The notes beneath the pieces are model-generated. The model saw nothing but the letters and a program-made list of their open reading frames with translations, ran no database searches and had not been told where the DNA came from. Shown here piece after piece: positions 1 to 9,834 of a stretch of 63,868 nucleotides of DNA (positions are counted from its first letter, which is position 1; each line of letters starts with the position of its first letter). The stretch spans positions 1 through 63,868 of the forward strand of contig DATJGL010000347.1 in assembly GCA_035495075.1 (NCBI GenBank). Reading direction: 5' to 3'. The translations under genes and the position numbers were made by a program. This DNA is from Gemmatimonadales bacterium (GTDB lineage Bacteria; Gemmatimonadota; Gemmatimonadetes; Gemmatimonadales; GWC2-71-9).

Positions 1-2
1 TT

Positions 3-1418
3 CGCGGAAACGTGGAGGTGGCGGTGGCGGAGCAGCGTGCGCTGCTCACCCAGTTCGAAGAGCTGAGCGCGCGGTTCGCCGAGCCGATGGAGGACGACGA
101 GATGAACCGTCTGCTGGAGAAGCAGGGCGATCTCCAGGAGCAGATCGACGCGCTGGGTCTCTGGGAGCTGGATCACAAGATCGACCTCGCCATGGACGCG
201 CTGCGGTTGCCGCCAGGGGACGCAGACGTAGGCAAGATCTCGGGCGGTGAGCGCCGCCGGGTGGCCCTCTGCCAGGTCCTCCTAGCCCAACCCGACATGC
301 TGCTGTTGGATGAGCCGACTAACCACCTGGACGCTGAGAGCGTGTGGTGGCTGGAGCGGTATCTGGCAGAGTTTCCCGGGACCGTGGTCGCCGTGACGCA
401 CGACCGCTACTTCCTCGACAACGTCGCCAAGTGGATTCTCGAGCTCTACCAGGGTGCTGGCATCCCGTGGGAAGGCAACTACTCCTCCTGGTTGGCGCAG
501 AAGCAGCAGCGCCTGGCTGGTGAAGAGAAGCAGGCGTCCGCCCGGCAGAAGACCCTGGCGCACGAGCTCGAGTGGATTCGCATGGCCCCACGGGCTCGAC
601 AGGCCAAGAGCAAAGCCCGTATCACACGGTACGAGGAGCTTCGCGCTGAGGCCGAGCGACAAACTGAAGGAAATGCGGAAATCCTGATCCCGGTGCCGGA
701 GCGACTGGGAGACGAGGTCGTGATCGCCAAGAATGTTTCGAAGGGGTATGGCGATCTGCTGCTCTTCGAGGGGCTCAACTTTGCGTTGCCACGCGGAGGC
801 ATCGTCGGGGTTATCGGGCCGAACGGTGCCGGCAAGACGACTCTCTTCAGGATGATCACCGGCCAGGAAAAGTCCGATGCCGGCGAGTTAATCGTCGGCA
901 AGACCGTCCGGCTCGCGTACGTGGATCAGAGCCGGGAATCACTGGAAGGTGAGAAGACCGTCTATGAGGAAATCTCGGGTGGCCAGGACACGCTGCAATT
1001 CGGCAAGCGTCAGGTGAACGCCCGGGCGTATTGCGCCGGCTTCAACTTCCGAGGATCGGATCAGCAGAAGCGGGTGAAGGACTTGTCTGGCGGCGAGCGC
1101 AATCGAGTCCATCTCGCGAAGCTGCTCAAGAGCGGCGGGAACGTGCTTCTGCTGGACGAACCAACCAACGATCTGGACGTCGACACGCTGCGCGCCCTGG
1201 AAGAAGCCCTGGTTGCCTTCGCGGGATGCGTCGTCGTGATCAGCCACGACCGGTGGTTCCTGGACCGGATCGCGACCCACATCCTTGCGTTCGAGGGCAA
1301 CAGCGAAGCGGTCTGGTTCGAGGGGAACTATCAGGACTACGCGGCCGACCTCAAGCGACGGAAAGGTGTCGACGCCAACCAGCCGCATCGGATTCGATAC
1401 AAGAAGCTAGTCCATTGA
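3..1418 (+). CDS. ettA: ABC-F ATPase, energy-dependent translational throttle EttA (5'-truncated by window edge)
   Basis: The frame is open from the window start. Two ABC cassettes are present ([12 protein letters not shown]...[11 protein letters not shown]; [11 protein letters not shown]...[12 protein letters not shown]...[11 protein letters not shown]). The protein is collinear with EttA through the C-terminal RIRYKKL motif. Confidence 0.9.
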   Translation, partial: RGNVEVAVAEQRALLTQFEELSARFAEPMEDDEMNRLLEKQGDLQEQIDALGLWELDHKIDLAMDALRLPPGDADVGKISGGERRRVALCQVLLAQPDMLLLDEPTNHLDAESVWWLERYLAEFPGTVVAVTHDRYFLDNVAKWILELYQGAGIPWEGNYSSWLAQKQQRLAGEEKQASARQKTLAHELEWIRMAPRARQAKSKARITRYEELRAEAERQTEGNAEILIPVPERLGDEVVIAKNVSKGYGDLLLFEGLNFALPRGGIVGVIGPNGAGKTTLFRMITGQEKSDAGELIVGKTVRLAYVDQSRESLEGEKTVYEEISGGQDTLQFGKRQVNARAYCAGFNFRGSDQQKRVKDLSGGERNRVHLAKLLKSGGNVLLLDEPTNDLDVDTLRALEEALVAFAGCVVVISHDRWFLDRIATHILAFEGNSEAVWFEGNYQDYAADLKRRKGVDANQPHRIRYKKLVH

Positions 1419-1421
1419 CCT

Positions 1422-1500
1422 GCGTGAACGGTGAAGAGTAAACCGGCGACTCCGCGCCCATTTGAGCCCCTGTTCACTGTTGACTGTTCACTGTTCACGC
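1422..1500. repeat. Heptad-built palindromic element, copy 1 (GCGTGAAC GGTGAAG AGTAAAC ... GTTCACT GTTGACT GTTCACT GTTCACGC)
   Basis: The outer stem GCGTGAAC/GTTCACGC is a perfect 8 bp, and the inner arms are tandem 7-mers. It starts 4 nt after the ettA stop and lies upstream of glgP. Confidence 0.75.
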
Positions 1501-1525
1501 TGTCCTGAATTACCTTCCCCTGCCT

Positions 1526-3679
1526 ATGCTGACCCAGCAATCCCGGATCCCGTACCTTCCTGCCCGCATCGAAGGCCTCGCTTCCATTGCAATGAACCTG
1601 TGGTGGAGCTGGAGCTGGGAGGCCCGGTCGCTATTTCGCTCCATCGATGCACCACTCTGGCATCAAGTCCGTCACAATCCGCTCGACTTCCTGTGCCAGG
1701 TTGACCCCGCCCGTATCGCCGCGGCGGCGAGTCAGAGTGATTTCCTGCGCCAGTACGATGAGGTCATGAGCCGGATGGCGCACGCGCTGACCAGCACGGA
1801 TACCTGGTTCAACCGGCACTATCCTGGGTACGCGGACGGTCCGGTGGCGTACTTCTGCGCCGAGTTCGGGCTGCACGCATCGGTCCCGATCTATTCCGGA
1901 GGCCTGGGCGTGCTGGCCGGCGATCATTGCAAGTCTGCCTCGGATCTCGCCGTCCCGATGGTCGGTGTCGGCCTGTTCTACATGAAGGGATACTTCGACC
2001 AACGTCTCCGGCTCGACGGATGGCAGCAAGACAGCGATGAAGAGTATGACATCACCCGAACCCCGCTCGAACCGGTCTTGGGCCCCAATCACGAGCCGAT
2101 TCTCGCCACGGTAGAGACCGCCGGAAGACCGGTCTACGTCCGCGCGTGGAGGGTCATGGTTGGTCGGATCCCGGTCTATCTGCTCGATACCAATGTCGAG
2201 ATGAATCATCCCGCGGACCGGGGCCTCATGAACAAGCTCTACGCCGGCGGACCTGCCCTTCGGCTGCGGCAAGAGTGGATCCTCGGTGCGGGCGGCGTTC
2301 GCGTTCTCCGGGCCCTGGGGATCAACCCTTCGGTTTGGCACGCCAACGAGGGCCACGCGGCCTTCATGATGATCGAGCGCATCCGCGAGTGCGCCGAGCA
2401 GGGGATGCCTTTCTCCGATGCGCTCCGAGCGGTGCGCGCTCGCAGCATTTTTACGACGCACACACCCGTGCCCGCGGGGCACGACGCTTTCGACGTGGAT
2501 GACGTCGCCGAGTGTATTGGTCCCGTCTGGGAGCAGATGGGTGTGGATCGGGAGGCACTGCTTCATCTGGGTTATCACCCGGCAATGCCCGATCTATTCC
2601 ACATGACCGCCACCGCGATCCGATGCGCCTCGCGCGTGAACGGAGTCTCCCGCCAACACGGTCAGTTGTCCCGGCACCTCTGGCGCGATTTCTGGCCTGG
2701 GCGCCCCTGGGAAACGGTGCCGATCAGACACGTGACGAACGGCGTGCATCTGCGCACCTGGATGGCCGCGCAGATCATGGAGCTGCTCGACCAGCACCTG
2801 GGACCCTACTGGCTGGACCGCAAGGACGACCCTGCGCTCTGGGACCAGGTACTTACCCTTAACCGGGAAGAGCTGTGGCGGGTGCACCTCGAGCTCAAGG
2901 GGGCGCTGCTGGACTTCATTCGCGAGGACGCCCGCCATCGTTTCGCAGGGCAGCACAAAGAAGCCGCCCAGGTAGTCGGCGCCGGCACGCTACTCGATCC
3001 CAAGGCCTTGACGATCGGCTTCGGTCGCCGGTTCGCTACCTACAAGCGCGCCAATCTGGTCTTTCGCGATCTGGAACGGCTCCGGCGGTTGCTGACCGAC
3101 GCTCGTCGCCCAGTGCAGATCGTGTTCGCCGGGAAGGCCCATCCGGCGGACAATCCGGGCAAGGAAGTACTGCAGAGCGTCTACCAGTTCACTCGTGACC
3201 CGGCGTTCGAGGGACGAGTCGCATTCCTCGAAGACTACGACATGCACCTCGCTCACCTGCTGGTCCAGGGCACGGACCTGTGGCTTAACCTGCCTCGCCC
3301 GCCTCTCGAGGCGTCCGGCACCAGCGGCATGAAGGCCGCCCTGAACGGCGTGCCCCAGCTCGGGACGCTCGACGGCTGGTGGAAGGAGGGCTACGACGGC
3401 CTGGCCGGCTGGGCCATTCAGCCCAGTGGCGAGCACGAGGATGCTGACGCGGCGGACGCCGAGCGGTTCTACCGGCTGCTGGAAGAGCAGGTCGTCCCGC
3501 TCTACTACAATCGGGACGCTCACGGCGTCCCGTTGGGCTGGGTAGAGAAGATGCGCTGCTCCATCCGGCTCGCGGGAACCCGCTTCACCGCTCGGCGGAT
3601 GATACAGGAGTATGTCCAGGAGTACTACGCGCCGGCGGCCCGAGGGGAATCTTCTGGCGACGATCCTCCCGCGATCTGA
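1526..3679 (+). CDS. glgP: Alpha-glucan phosphorylase (GT35, GlgP/maltodextrin phosphorylase type with DUF3417-like N-terminus)
   Basis: 717 aa. The N-terminus (IEGLASIAMNLWWSWSWEARSLF), the EGHAAF motif and the TSGMKAALNG pyridoxal-phosphate lysine region are all present. Confidence 0.9.
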   Translation: MLTQQSRIPYLPARIEGLASIAMNLWWSWSWEARSLFRSIDAPLWHQVRHNPLDFLCQVDPARIAAAASQSDFLRQYDEVMSRMAHALTSTDTWFNRHYPGYADGPVAYFCAEFGLHASVPIYSGGLGVLAGDHCKSASDLAVPMVGVGLFYMKGYFDQRLRLDGWQQDSDEEYDITRTPLEPVLGPNHEPILATVETAGRPVYVRAWRVMVGRIPVYLLDTNVEMNHPADRGLMNKLYAGGPALRLRQEWILGAGGVRVLRALGINPSVWHANEGHAAFMMIERIRECAEQGMPFSDALRAVRARSIFTTHTPVPAGHDAFDVDDVAECIGPVWEQMGVDREALLHLGYHPAMPDLFHMTATAIRCASRVNGVSRQHGQLSRHLWRDFWPGRPWETVPIRHVTNGVHLRTWMAAQIMELLDQHLGPYWLDRKDDPALWDQVLTLNREELWRVHLELKGALLDFIREDARHRFAGQHKEAAQVVGAGTLLDPKALTIGFGRRFATYKRANLVFRDLERLRRLLTDARRPVQIVFAGKAHPADNPGKEVLQSVYQFTRDPAFEGRVAFLEDYDMHLAHLLVQGTDLWLNLPRPPLEASGTSGMKAALNGVPQLGTLDGWWKEGYDGLAGWAIQPSGEHEDADAADAERFYRLLEEQVVPLYYNRDAHGVPLGWVEKMRCSIRLAGTRFTARRMIQEYVQEYYAPAARGESSGDDPPAI

Positions 3680-5186
3680 CGCCCGGCCCGTGCCCGGCAC
3701 AGGGGTTACGGCCCCTATCCTGACTCCCCGAGGCGAAGCCGTCTCGATCGTTCATCTGACCGCGGAGTACGCCCCCTACGCGCGCACTGGCGGCTTGGCC
3801 GAGGCAGTCATGGGCCTGGCTTCGTTTCAACAGGCGTCAGGGTTGCCGGTTTCCGTGCTCATGCCGCTTTACCGGACGGTACGTGACGAGGCTCCCGACC
3901 TCGAGCCCGTGGGAGCCCCGTTCCGGGTGCCGCTCGGTGCTCGCAACGAGGAAGCGCGTTTGTTCCGGGTCGCGGGTGCCGCGCCCAATGGCCCCCGGAT
4001 GTTCTTCCTCGACCACGCCGAGTTCTTCAACCGCCCGGGGATCTACGGCGAGCCAAGCGGCGACTATCCCGACAACGCACGCCGGTTTGCCTTCTTCGCG
4101 CTGGCCTCCTGCCTCGCGCTGCCGCGAGTGGCTTCGGGCCCGCTCATTCTCCACGCCCACGATTGGCACACCGCGCTCGCTTCGGCATACCTCCGCACCA
4201 TTCTCGCGGGGGAGCCCTGGGTTCGGGACGCACTCTCGATCATCTCGATCCATAATCCCGGCTATCAGGGTCAGTTTGGACCCGAGGCGCTGTTCGAGCT
4301 TGGGCTTCCGGTCGAGCTGTACAACTGGCGACAGCTCGAGTGGTACGGAAAGGTCAACTTCCTCAAGGGCGGCCTTGCCTTCGCGGACTGGGCCCTCACC
4401 GTGAGCCCCCAGCAAGCCGCCGAGCTGAGAACTCCAGGCGGCGGCTTCGGGTTGCATGACATGTTCATTGCTTTGGGCGACCGGCTCGTCGGCATCCTGA
4501 ACGGGATCGATCAACAGGTGTGGGATCCGGCGACAGACTCGCAGATCCTGGCCACGTATACGGCCGACCAGCTCGAGGGTAAGCGGCGCTGCAAGGCAGG
4601 GCTGCAGCTGTCCTACGGGTTGCCCGAGCGGCCGAATGTGCCGCTGTTCGGGATGACGGGACGGCTCGTGCATCAGAAGGGCCTCGACCTGATTCTCGCG
4701 AGCCAACGACTGCTCCAGCAGGACGCGCAGTTTGTCTTCCTGGGCAGCGGCGACCCCCACTACGAACAGGCCCTGGTCTCGCTGGCCGCGAGCGCACCTG
4801 ACCGGATCGGAGTTCAGCTCGACTTTCGTGACGTGCTCGAGCATCGCCTGATGGCCGGAGTGGACCTTTTTCTGATGCCGTCTCTCTACGAGCCCTGCGG
4901 ACTTACCCAGATGCGGGCACAGCGCTACGGTTCACTCCCCATCGGCCGTCGTGTTGGCGGGCTGGCCGATACGATCGACGACGGCGTGACCGGATTCCTG
5001 TTCGACGCGTACGAGGCGCCGGCCCTTGAAGACACAGCGTTACGGGCGCTCGCCACGTTCGCGCGCCGGGAAGTCTGGGGCAGGATGAGGCGGTCCGCGA
5101 TGGCCCGCGACTTCAGCTGGGAACGGTCGGTCGCCGCGTATCTCGACGTATATCGGCGTGTCGCGGCTTCGGGCCCGCGCGCCTGA
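3612..5186 (+). CDS. glgA: Glycogen synthase (GT5)
   Basis: The N-terminal motif IVHLTAEYAPYARTGGLAEAV and the C-terminal PSLYEPCGLTQM are present. The tracked start overlaps glgP by 68 nt. An in-frame GTG at 3690, just after the glgP stop, is a more likely start. Confidence 0.88.
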   Translation: MSRSTTRRRPEGNLLATILPRSDARPVPGTGVTAPILTPRGEAVSIVHLTAEYAPYARTGGLAEAVMGLASFQQASGLPVSVLMPLYRTVRDEAPDLEPVGAPFRVPLGARNEEARLFRVAGAAPNGPRMFFLDHAEFFNRPGIYGEPSGDYPDNARRFAFFALASCLALPRVASGPLILHAHDWHTALASAYLRTILAGEPWVRDALSIISIHNPGYQGQFGPEALFELGLPVELYNWRQLEWYGKVNFLKGGLAFADWALTVSPQQAAELRTPGGGFGLHDMFIALGDRLVGILNGIDQQVWDPATDSQILATYTADQLEGKRRCKAGLQLSYGLPERPNVPLFGMTGRLVHQKGLDLILASQRLLQQDAQFVFLGSGDPHYEQALVSLAASAPDRIGVQLDFRDVLEHRLMAGVDLFLMPSLYEPCGLTQMRAQRYGSLPIGRRVGGLADTIDDGVTGFLFDAYEAPALEDTALRALATFARREVWGRMRRSAMARDFSWERSVAAYLDVYRRVAASGPRA

Positions 5187-6887
5187 TTGGATGATTCGAT
5201 GGACTTTGTTCTAGCGCTTCACAGCCATCTGCCCTGGGTGTTGAACCATGGCCGGTGGCCTCACGGCAGCGATTGGCTCTGCGAGGCGGCCGTCGATACC
5301 TATCTGCCGCTGCTCGAGTCGTTGCAGGCCCTGGAGCGGGAGGGCGTCCCGGCGCCCGTCACCATCGGCGTTACACCGGTCCTCGCGAATCAGCTGGCGA
5401 GTCCCGTGTTCGTCGAGGAGCTGGAGGCGTTTTTCCAGCAGCGCCTCGAGGCCTGCGACGCGGCCGATGCAGAGCTGCTCAGAACCGATCCGGAGATCGA
5501 GCCGCTGGTGGGCTTTTGGCGAAGCCGGTACATCCGCCTCCGGGATCTGTTCCGCACGGTGGACCACGACTTGATCGGCGCGCTTCGGGGCCTGGAGGAC
5601 AGCGGTCGCATCGAGATCATCGGCTCCGCAGCCACCCACGGCTTCCTGCCGCTGTTGGCGCGCGACGAAAGCATCCGGCTCCAGCTCGCAGTCGGGGTGG
5701 CCGAACACCGCCGCCTGTTCGGCCGTGCGCCGAAGGGATGTTGGCTCCCCGAGTGTGCCTATCGCCCGCGGGGCCCATGGGCCCCCTGGCCTACCGCGCC
5801 GCGGAGCGGCGTCCGTCGCGGCATCGAAGAACACCTCGGCGACGCGGGATTCAACTTCTTCTTCATCGACGCCCATCTCGCGGCCGCCGGACGTCCGCTC
5901 GGCGTGTACGGCGATCCCCTGGTCGGCCCCCGAGAAGCGCCGGACAGCGTTGAGCCTGATCGGCTGCACGCATTGCGCTCACCTAACCGAGCCTATCGGG
6001 TGGGTCCGCCCCGAGGTGGTCGGGCAGTCGCGGCGTTCGTTCGAGACCCGCATGCCTCCATGCAGGTCTGGAGCCGCCATCACGGATATCCGGGCGACGG
6101 ACAGTATCTCGAGTTTCACAAGATTCGGTGGCCCGGTGGGCTCAAGCTCTGGAGGGTCACCGGGGACAACGTCGACCTGGGCCATAAGGGCCCCTACGAT
6201 CCGCAGGCTGCACGGGCCCAGGCGAGTGGTCACGGGGAGCATTTCGCCTGGCTGTTGGATCAGCTCTCGGCCGCCGAGTCGCCCGGTCCCGAGGGCGTGA
6301 TCGTGGCTCCCTTTGATACCGAGCTCTTCGGCCACTGGTGGTTCGAGGGGCCCGAGTTCGTCGGGGACGTTTATCGTGCGCTTCCCGGTCACCCGAATGT
6401 TCGACCGGTGACCGGTTCCGGCCATCTGAACACGCATCCCGCTCGTGCGGCTATTCGGCTCCCCGAAGGGACCTGGGGCGCGAACGGCGACTTCTCGATG
6501 TGGCTTGGGCCGGACACGGCGTGGACCTGGGAGCGCATGTGGCCACTCGAGCAAGCCTTCTGGGATGTCGCCGGCGATGCGCTCACGAACGCATCGGCCC
6601 GCACGGTGCTTGCGCAGGCGGCTCGTTCGCTTCTGCTCACCCAGTCGTCCGATTGGCAATTCATTATCTCGACCGGCGCGGTCGTGGACTATGCGGTCCG
6701 CAGGTTCACCCAGCACTGCCTCGAGACCGAGACATTGGTCGCAGCGCTCACGCCCGGAAGCGGGACCTCGCTCGAGGAGGGGCAGCAGCTCGCCGCCCGG
6801 CTCGAACCCCGCGACCACTTGTTCCCCGATGTGTTGCCGGCCTTGAGCGCCGCCCTGAGCGGGTCACGCTCGCTGGCCCTGACCTGA
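5187..6887 (+). CDS. GH57-family 1,4-alpha-glucan branching enzyme
   Basis: The N-terminus FVLALHSHLPWVLNHGRWPHGSDWLCEAAVDTYLPLL resembles the Thermus/Thermococcus GH57 branching enzymes, and a C-terminal helical domain is present. The start is either TTG 5187 or ATG 5199. Confidence 0.8.
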   Translation: MDDSMDFVLALHSHLPWVLNHGRWPHGSDWLCEAAVDTYLPLLESLQALEREGVPAPVTIGVTPVLANQLASPVFVEELEAFFQQRLEACDAADAELLRTDPEIEPLVGFWRSRYIRLRDLFRTVDHDLIGALRGLEDSGRIEIIGSAATHGFLPLLARDESIRLQLAVGVAEHRRLFGRAPKGCWLPECAYRPRGPWAPWPTAPRSGVRRGIEEHLGDAGFNFFFIDAHLAAAGRPLGVYGDPLVGPREAPDSVEPDRLHALRSPNRAYRVGPPRGGRAVAAFVRDPHASMQVWSRHHGYPGDGQYLEFHKIRWPGGLKLWRVTGDNVDLGHKGPYDPQAARAQASGHGEHFAWLLDQLSAAESPGPEGVIVAPFDTELFGHWWFEGPEFVGDVYRALPGHPNVRPVTGSGHLNTHPARAAIRLPEGTWGANGDFSMWLGPDTAWTWERMWPLEQAFWDVAGDALTNASARTVLAQAARSLLLTQSSDWQFIISTGAVVDYAVRRFTQHCLETETLVAALTPGSGTSLEEGQQLAARLEPRDHLFPDVLPALSAALSGSRSLALT

Positions 6888-6890
6888 GTC

Positions 6891-8828
6891 ATGGCCCCGG
6901 TAAGCTTCATCTTCGGCCTGCATCTGCACCAGCCGGTAGGCAATTTCGACCACGTCTTCCAGCAGCACCTCGACGACGTGTACGCGCCCCTGCTCGACCG
7001 TCTCACGGCAGGAAAATTCCTGCCCGTCGTGCTGCACGTGTCCGGCCCTCTGCTCGAGTGGCTCGACGCACACGCGCCTGCATGGATGGACCAGCTGGGC
7101 CGACTGGCCGCCGACGGGCGGGTAGAGCTGCTGCTTTCCGGCTTCTACGAGCCCGTACTCGCATCGCTTCCACGGCAGGACCGACTCGACCAGATCGGGT
7201 GGATGCGGGATGCGCTCCGGCGCCGGTTCGGAGTCGAGGCAACCGGCCTTTGGCTCACGGAGCGCGTCTGGCAGCCCGAGCTTGCGGCCGACCTGGCCGA
7301 GGCCGGTGTGAAGTACGCGCTGGTCGACGATCGTCACTTCGTTGTCTGCGGCTTCCCTCAGGATCGGCTCCACAAACCCTATTGGACCGAGGCCGACGGC
7401 AAGCGCATCGCGCTGTTTCCGATCGATGAACGGCTGCGCTACCTAATACCATTCCGCCCCCCAGAGGAAACTGCGGAGTATCTCGAGCGGCTCGGCGCCG
7501 AAGGGCTCCAGCTTGCGGTCCTGGCGGATGATGGGGAGAAGTTCGGTGGCTGGCCCGGAACCAAGGATTGGGTCTATCACCAGGGCTGGCTGGATCGGTT
7601 CATACACACCATTCACCAGCTCGCTGAGCGAGGCATCGTGCGGCTCAGCACCCTGGCGCAGTCCCTCGCCGACGTGCCGAGCGGGGGAATTGCCTACCTC
7701 CCCACAGCATCGTATCGCGAAATGGAAGCGTGGTCTCTGCCGCCTGACGCCGCCCTTCGCCTGGCGCGCCTGGAACACGATCTCGGCGAGGCCCGCATGG
7801 CGGGCCCCGACGGCGCGTTGGTGCGCGGCACCCACTGGCCCAACTTCCTGGTGAAGTACCCCGAAGCGAACCGCATGCACAAGAAGATGCAGGCGCTATC
7901 GGAGCTCTGCCGGATGCGGCAGGATCCGCCCGAGGCACGCCGCGCCATCGGGCGAGCCCAGTGTAACGACGCCTACTGGCATGGCGTCTTCGGTGGCCTG
8001 TATCTCCCCCACCTGCGCGAGGCGATCTGGCGCAACCTCGCGACCGCAGAAGCACAACTTCGCGAACGTGAGGGGCTGAGCTGGGAGGTCCTGGATCTGG
8101 ATGCGGACGGGCATGACGAGATCTGGGTCCATTCCGCGGAGTGCTCGGTGGTGGTGAGCCCATGGCGCGGCGGAGCGATCGAGGAGCTCACCCGTTTCGC
8201 CACCGGGATCAATTACGCCGGCGTGTTGACTCGCCGACTCGAGGCCTACCACGTAACAGCGACCAGCGGCGGTGCCGACGGGACCGCCGGCGAGGGCGGC
8301 GCGCCGAGCATCCACGACCTGGAAGCGGCGTTGCGACTCGACGAGCGCCCCCCGCTCGATGCAGATGATCGGGCGATCGGGGTGGATCGGGTCCTCCCGC
8401 CGGACTTGGCGGCCGATGCCTATGCCCGTGGTGGATACACCGCAGTGCGGTCGTGGGCCCGGACGCCGGCCCACTTCCAGATCAGCCAGTCACACGGGGC
8501 GGTGGAGGTTCGCCTGCGACTGCATGGAGCGGAGGGTTCCCCCCTGCTCAAGACGATTCGGATTTTCGCCGACGGGAAGATCGAGCTGGCGTACGAATGG
8601 GCCCCTGAGAGCGATCACGGCGACGCCCTCTTTGCACCGGAGCTGTCGCTCTTCCGCCCGCTCGCCATCGGGCATGCGCCCGAGGCCGAGATCTGGACGT
8701 TCCCCATCGAGACCGTCGCCAAATCTGAGCGGGGCCTGGACCGCACCCGGCAGGGAGAATCGGTGACCCCACGCTGGCACTTTCACCTGGGGGCGGCGCG
8801 GCTCGAGTTGGGGCCGCCACCGGACTGA
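6891..8828 (+). CDS. GH57-family alpha-amylase / 4-alpha-glucanotransferase-like enzyme
   Basis: 645 aa. The N-terminus FIFGLHLHQPVGNF, the WLTERVWQPEL and DDGEKFGGWPGT motifs, and the DUF1925/1926-like C-terminal region are typical of the GH57 amylase/glucanotransferase group. Confidence 0.75.
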   Translation: MAPVSFIFGLHLHQPVGNFDHVFQQHLDDVYAPLLDRLTAGKFLPVVLHVSGPLLEWLDAHAPAWMDQLGRLAADGRVELLLSGFYEPVLASLPRQDRLDQIGWMRDALRRRFGVEATGLWLTERVWQPELAADLAEAGVKYALVDDRHFVVCGFPQDRLHKPYWTEADGKRIALFPIDERLRYLIPFRPPEETAEYLERLGAEGLQLAVLADDGEKFGGWPGTKDWVYHQGWLDRFIHTIHQLAERGIVRLSTLAQSLADVPSGGIAYLPTASYREMEAWSLPPDAALRLARLEHDLGEARMAGPDGALVRGTHWPNFLVKYPEANRMHKKMQALSELCRMRQDPPEARRAIGRAQCNDAYWHGVFGGLYLPHLREAIWRNLATAEAQLREREGLSWEVLDLDADGHDEIWVHSAECSVVVSPWRGGAIEELTRFATGINYAGVLTRRLEAYHVTATSGGADGTAGEGGAPSIHDLEAALRLDERPPLDADDRAIGVDRVLPPDLAADAYARGGYTAVRSWARTPAHFQISQSHGAVEVRLRLHGAEGSPLLKTIRIFADGKIELAYEWAPESDHGDALFAPELSLFRPLAIGHAPEAEIWTFPIETVAKSERGLDRTRQGESVTPRWHFHLGAARLELGPPPD

Positions 8829-8848
8829 CCCTTGGCTATCTTTGGCCC

Positions 8849-9733
8849 ATGCCGACTTCTCCCACATCGGTGACCCTGGGCCTGATCCAGACCCGCTGCA
8901 CAGTCGACCCGGAGCACAATTTCCGCCAGGCGATCGCGGGAGTCCGCGAGGCGAGCGCCCAAGGCGCGCAGATCATCTGCCTGCCCGAGCTGTTCCGGAG
9001 CCAGTACTTCTGCCAGACCGAAGATCATCGCTTCTTCGAGTTGGCCGAATCGATCCCCGGGCCCAGCACGGAGGCGCTGTCGCGCGTCGCCTCCGAGCTG
9101 GGTGTGGTAATCATCGCCTCGCTGTTCGAGCGGCGAGCGGAGGGTCTGTACCACAACACCGCCGCGATCATTGACGCCGATGGCCGGTACCTCGGGAAGT
9201 ATCGGAAGATGCACATTCCGGACGACCCGCAGTACTACGAGAAGTTCTATTTCACGCCAGGCGACCTCGGCTTTCGCGCCTGGGATACGAAGTTCGGCCG
9301 GATCGGGGTCCTGATCTGTTGGGATCAGTGGTATCCCGAAGCTGCCCGCCTCACCGCGCTTACCGGCGCCCAGATTCTGTTTTATCCCACGGCAATCGGT
9401 TGGCTGCCAGCAGAGAAGGCGGAGCACGGGGCGCAGCAGCAGGCGGCCTGGGAGACGATTCAGCGAAGCCACGCGATCGCGAACGGGGTATATGTGTGCG
9501 CCGTGAATCGCGTGGGACACGAAGGCGACCCCGCCGGTGGGCTCGAGTTCTGGGGCGGGAGCTTCGTGACCGATCCGGGTGGACGGACCCTCGCGAAGGC
9601 AGGGCACGCGGAAGAGGTGGTGGTCGCAGCCTGCGATCTCACGAAGGTGGACGTGAGCCGGACCCACTGGCCCTTCCTGCGGGATCGGAGAATTGACGCG
9701 TACGCCGATCTTACAAAGAGGTATTTGGACTGA
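8849..9733 (+). CDS. aguB: N-carbamoylputrescine amidase (carbon-nitrogen hydrolase family)
   Basis: 294 aa of nitrilase-superfamily fold (LPELF; YRKMHIPDDPQYYEKFYFTPG; ICWDQWYPEAAR). It is adjacent to an agmatine deiminase gene. Confidence 0.85.
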   Translation: MPTSPTSVTLGLIQTRCTVDPEHNFRQAIAGVREASAQGAQIICLPELFRSQYFCQTEDHRFFELAESIPGPSTEALSRVASELGVVIIASLFERRAEGLYHNTAAIIDADGRYLGKYRKMHIPDDPQYYEKFYFTPGDLGFRAWDTKFGRIGVLICWDQWYPEAARLTALTGAQILFYPTAIGWLPAEKAEHGAQQQAAWETIQRSHAIANGVYVCAVNRVGHEGDPAGGLEFWGGSFVTDPGGRTLAKAGHAEEVVVAACDLTKVDVSRTHWPFLRDRRIDAYADLTKRYLD

Positions 9734-9737
9734 AACT

Positions 9738-9821
9738 GCGTGAACAGCGAACGGTACGGTGAACGGGGGGCATCCGGTGATGGAGACCCCCCGTTTACTG
9801 TTCACCGTTCACCGTTCACGC
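9738..9821. repeat. Heptad-built palindromic element, copy 2
   Basis: Sequence: GCGTGAAC AGCGAAC GGTAC GGTGAAC GGGGGG -loop- CCCCCC GTTTACT GTTCACC GTTCACC GTTCACGC, followed by TTTTCC. It sits between the aguB stop and the aguA start. Confidence 0.8.
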
Positions 9822-9834
9822 TTTTCCTGAGCTG

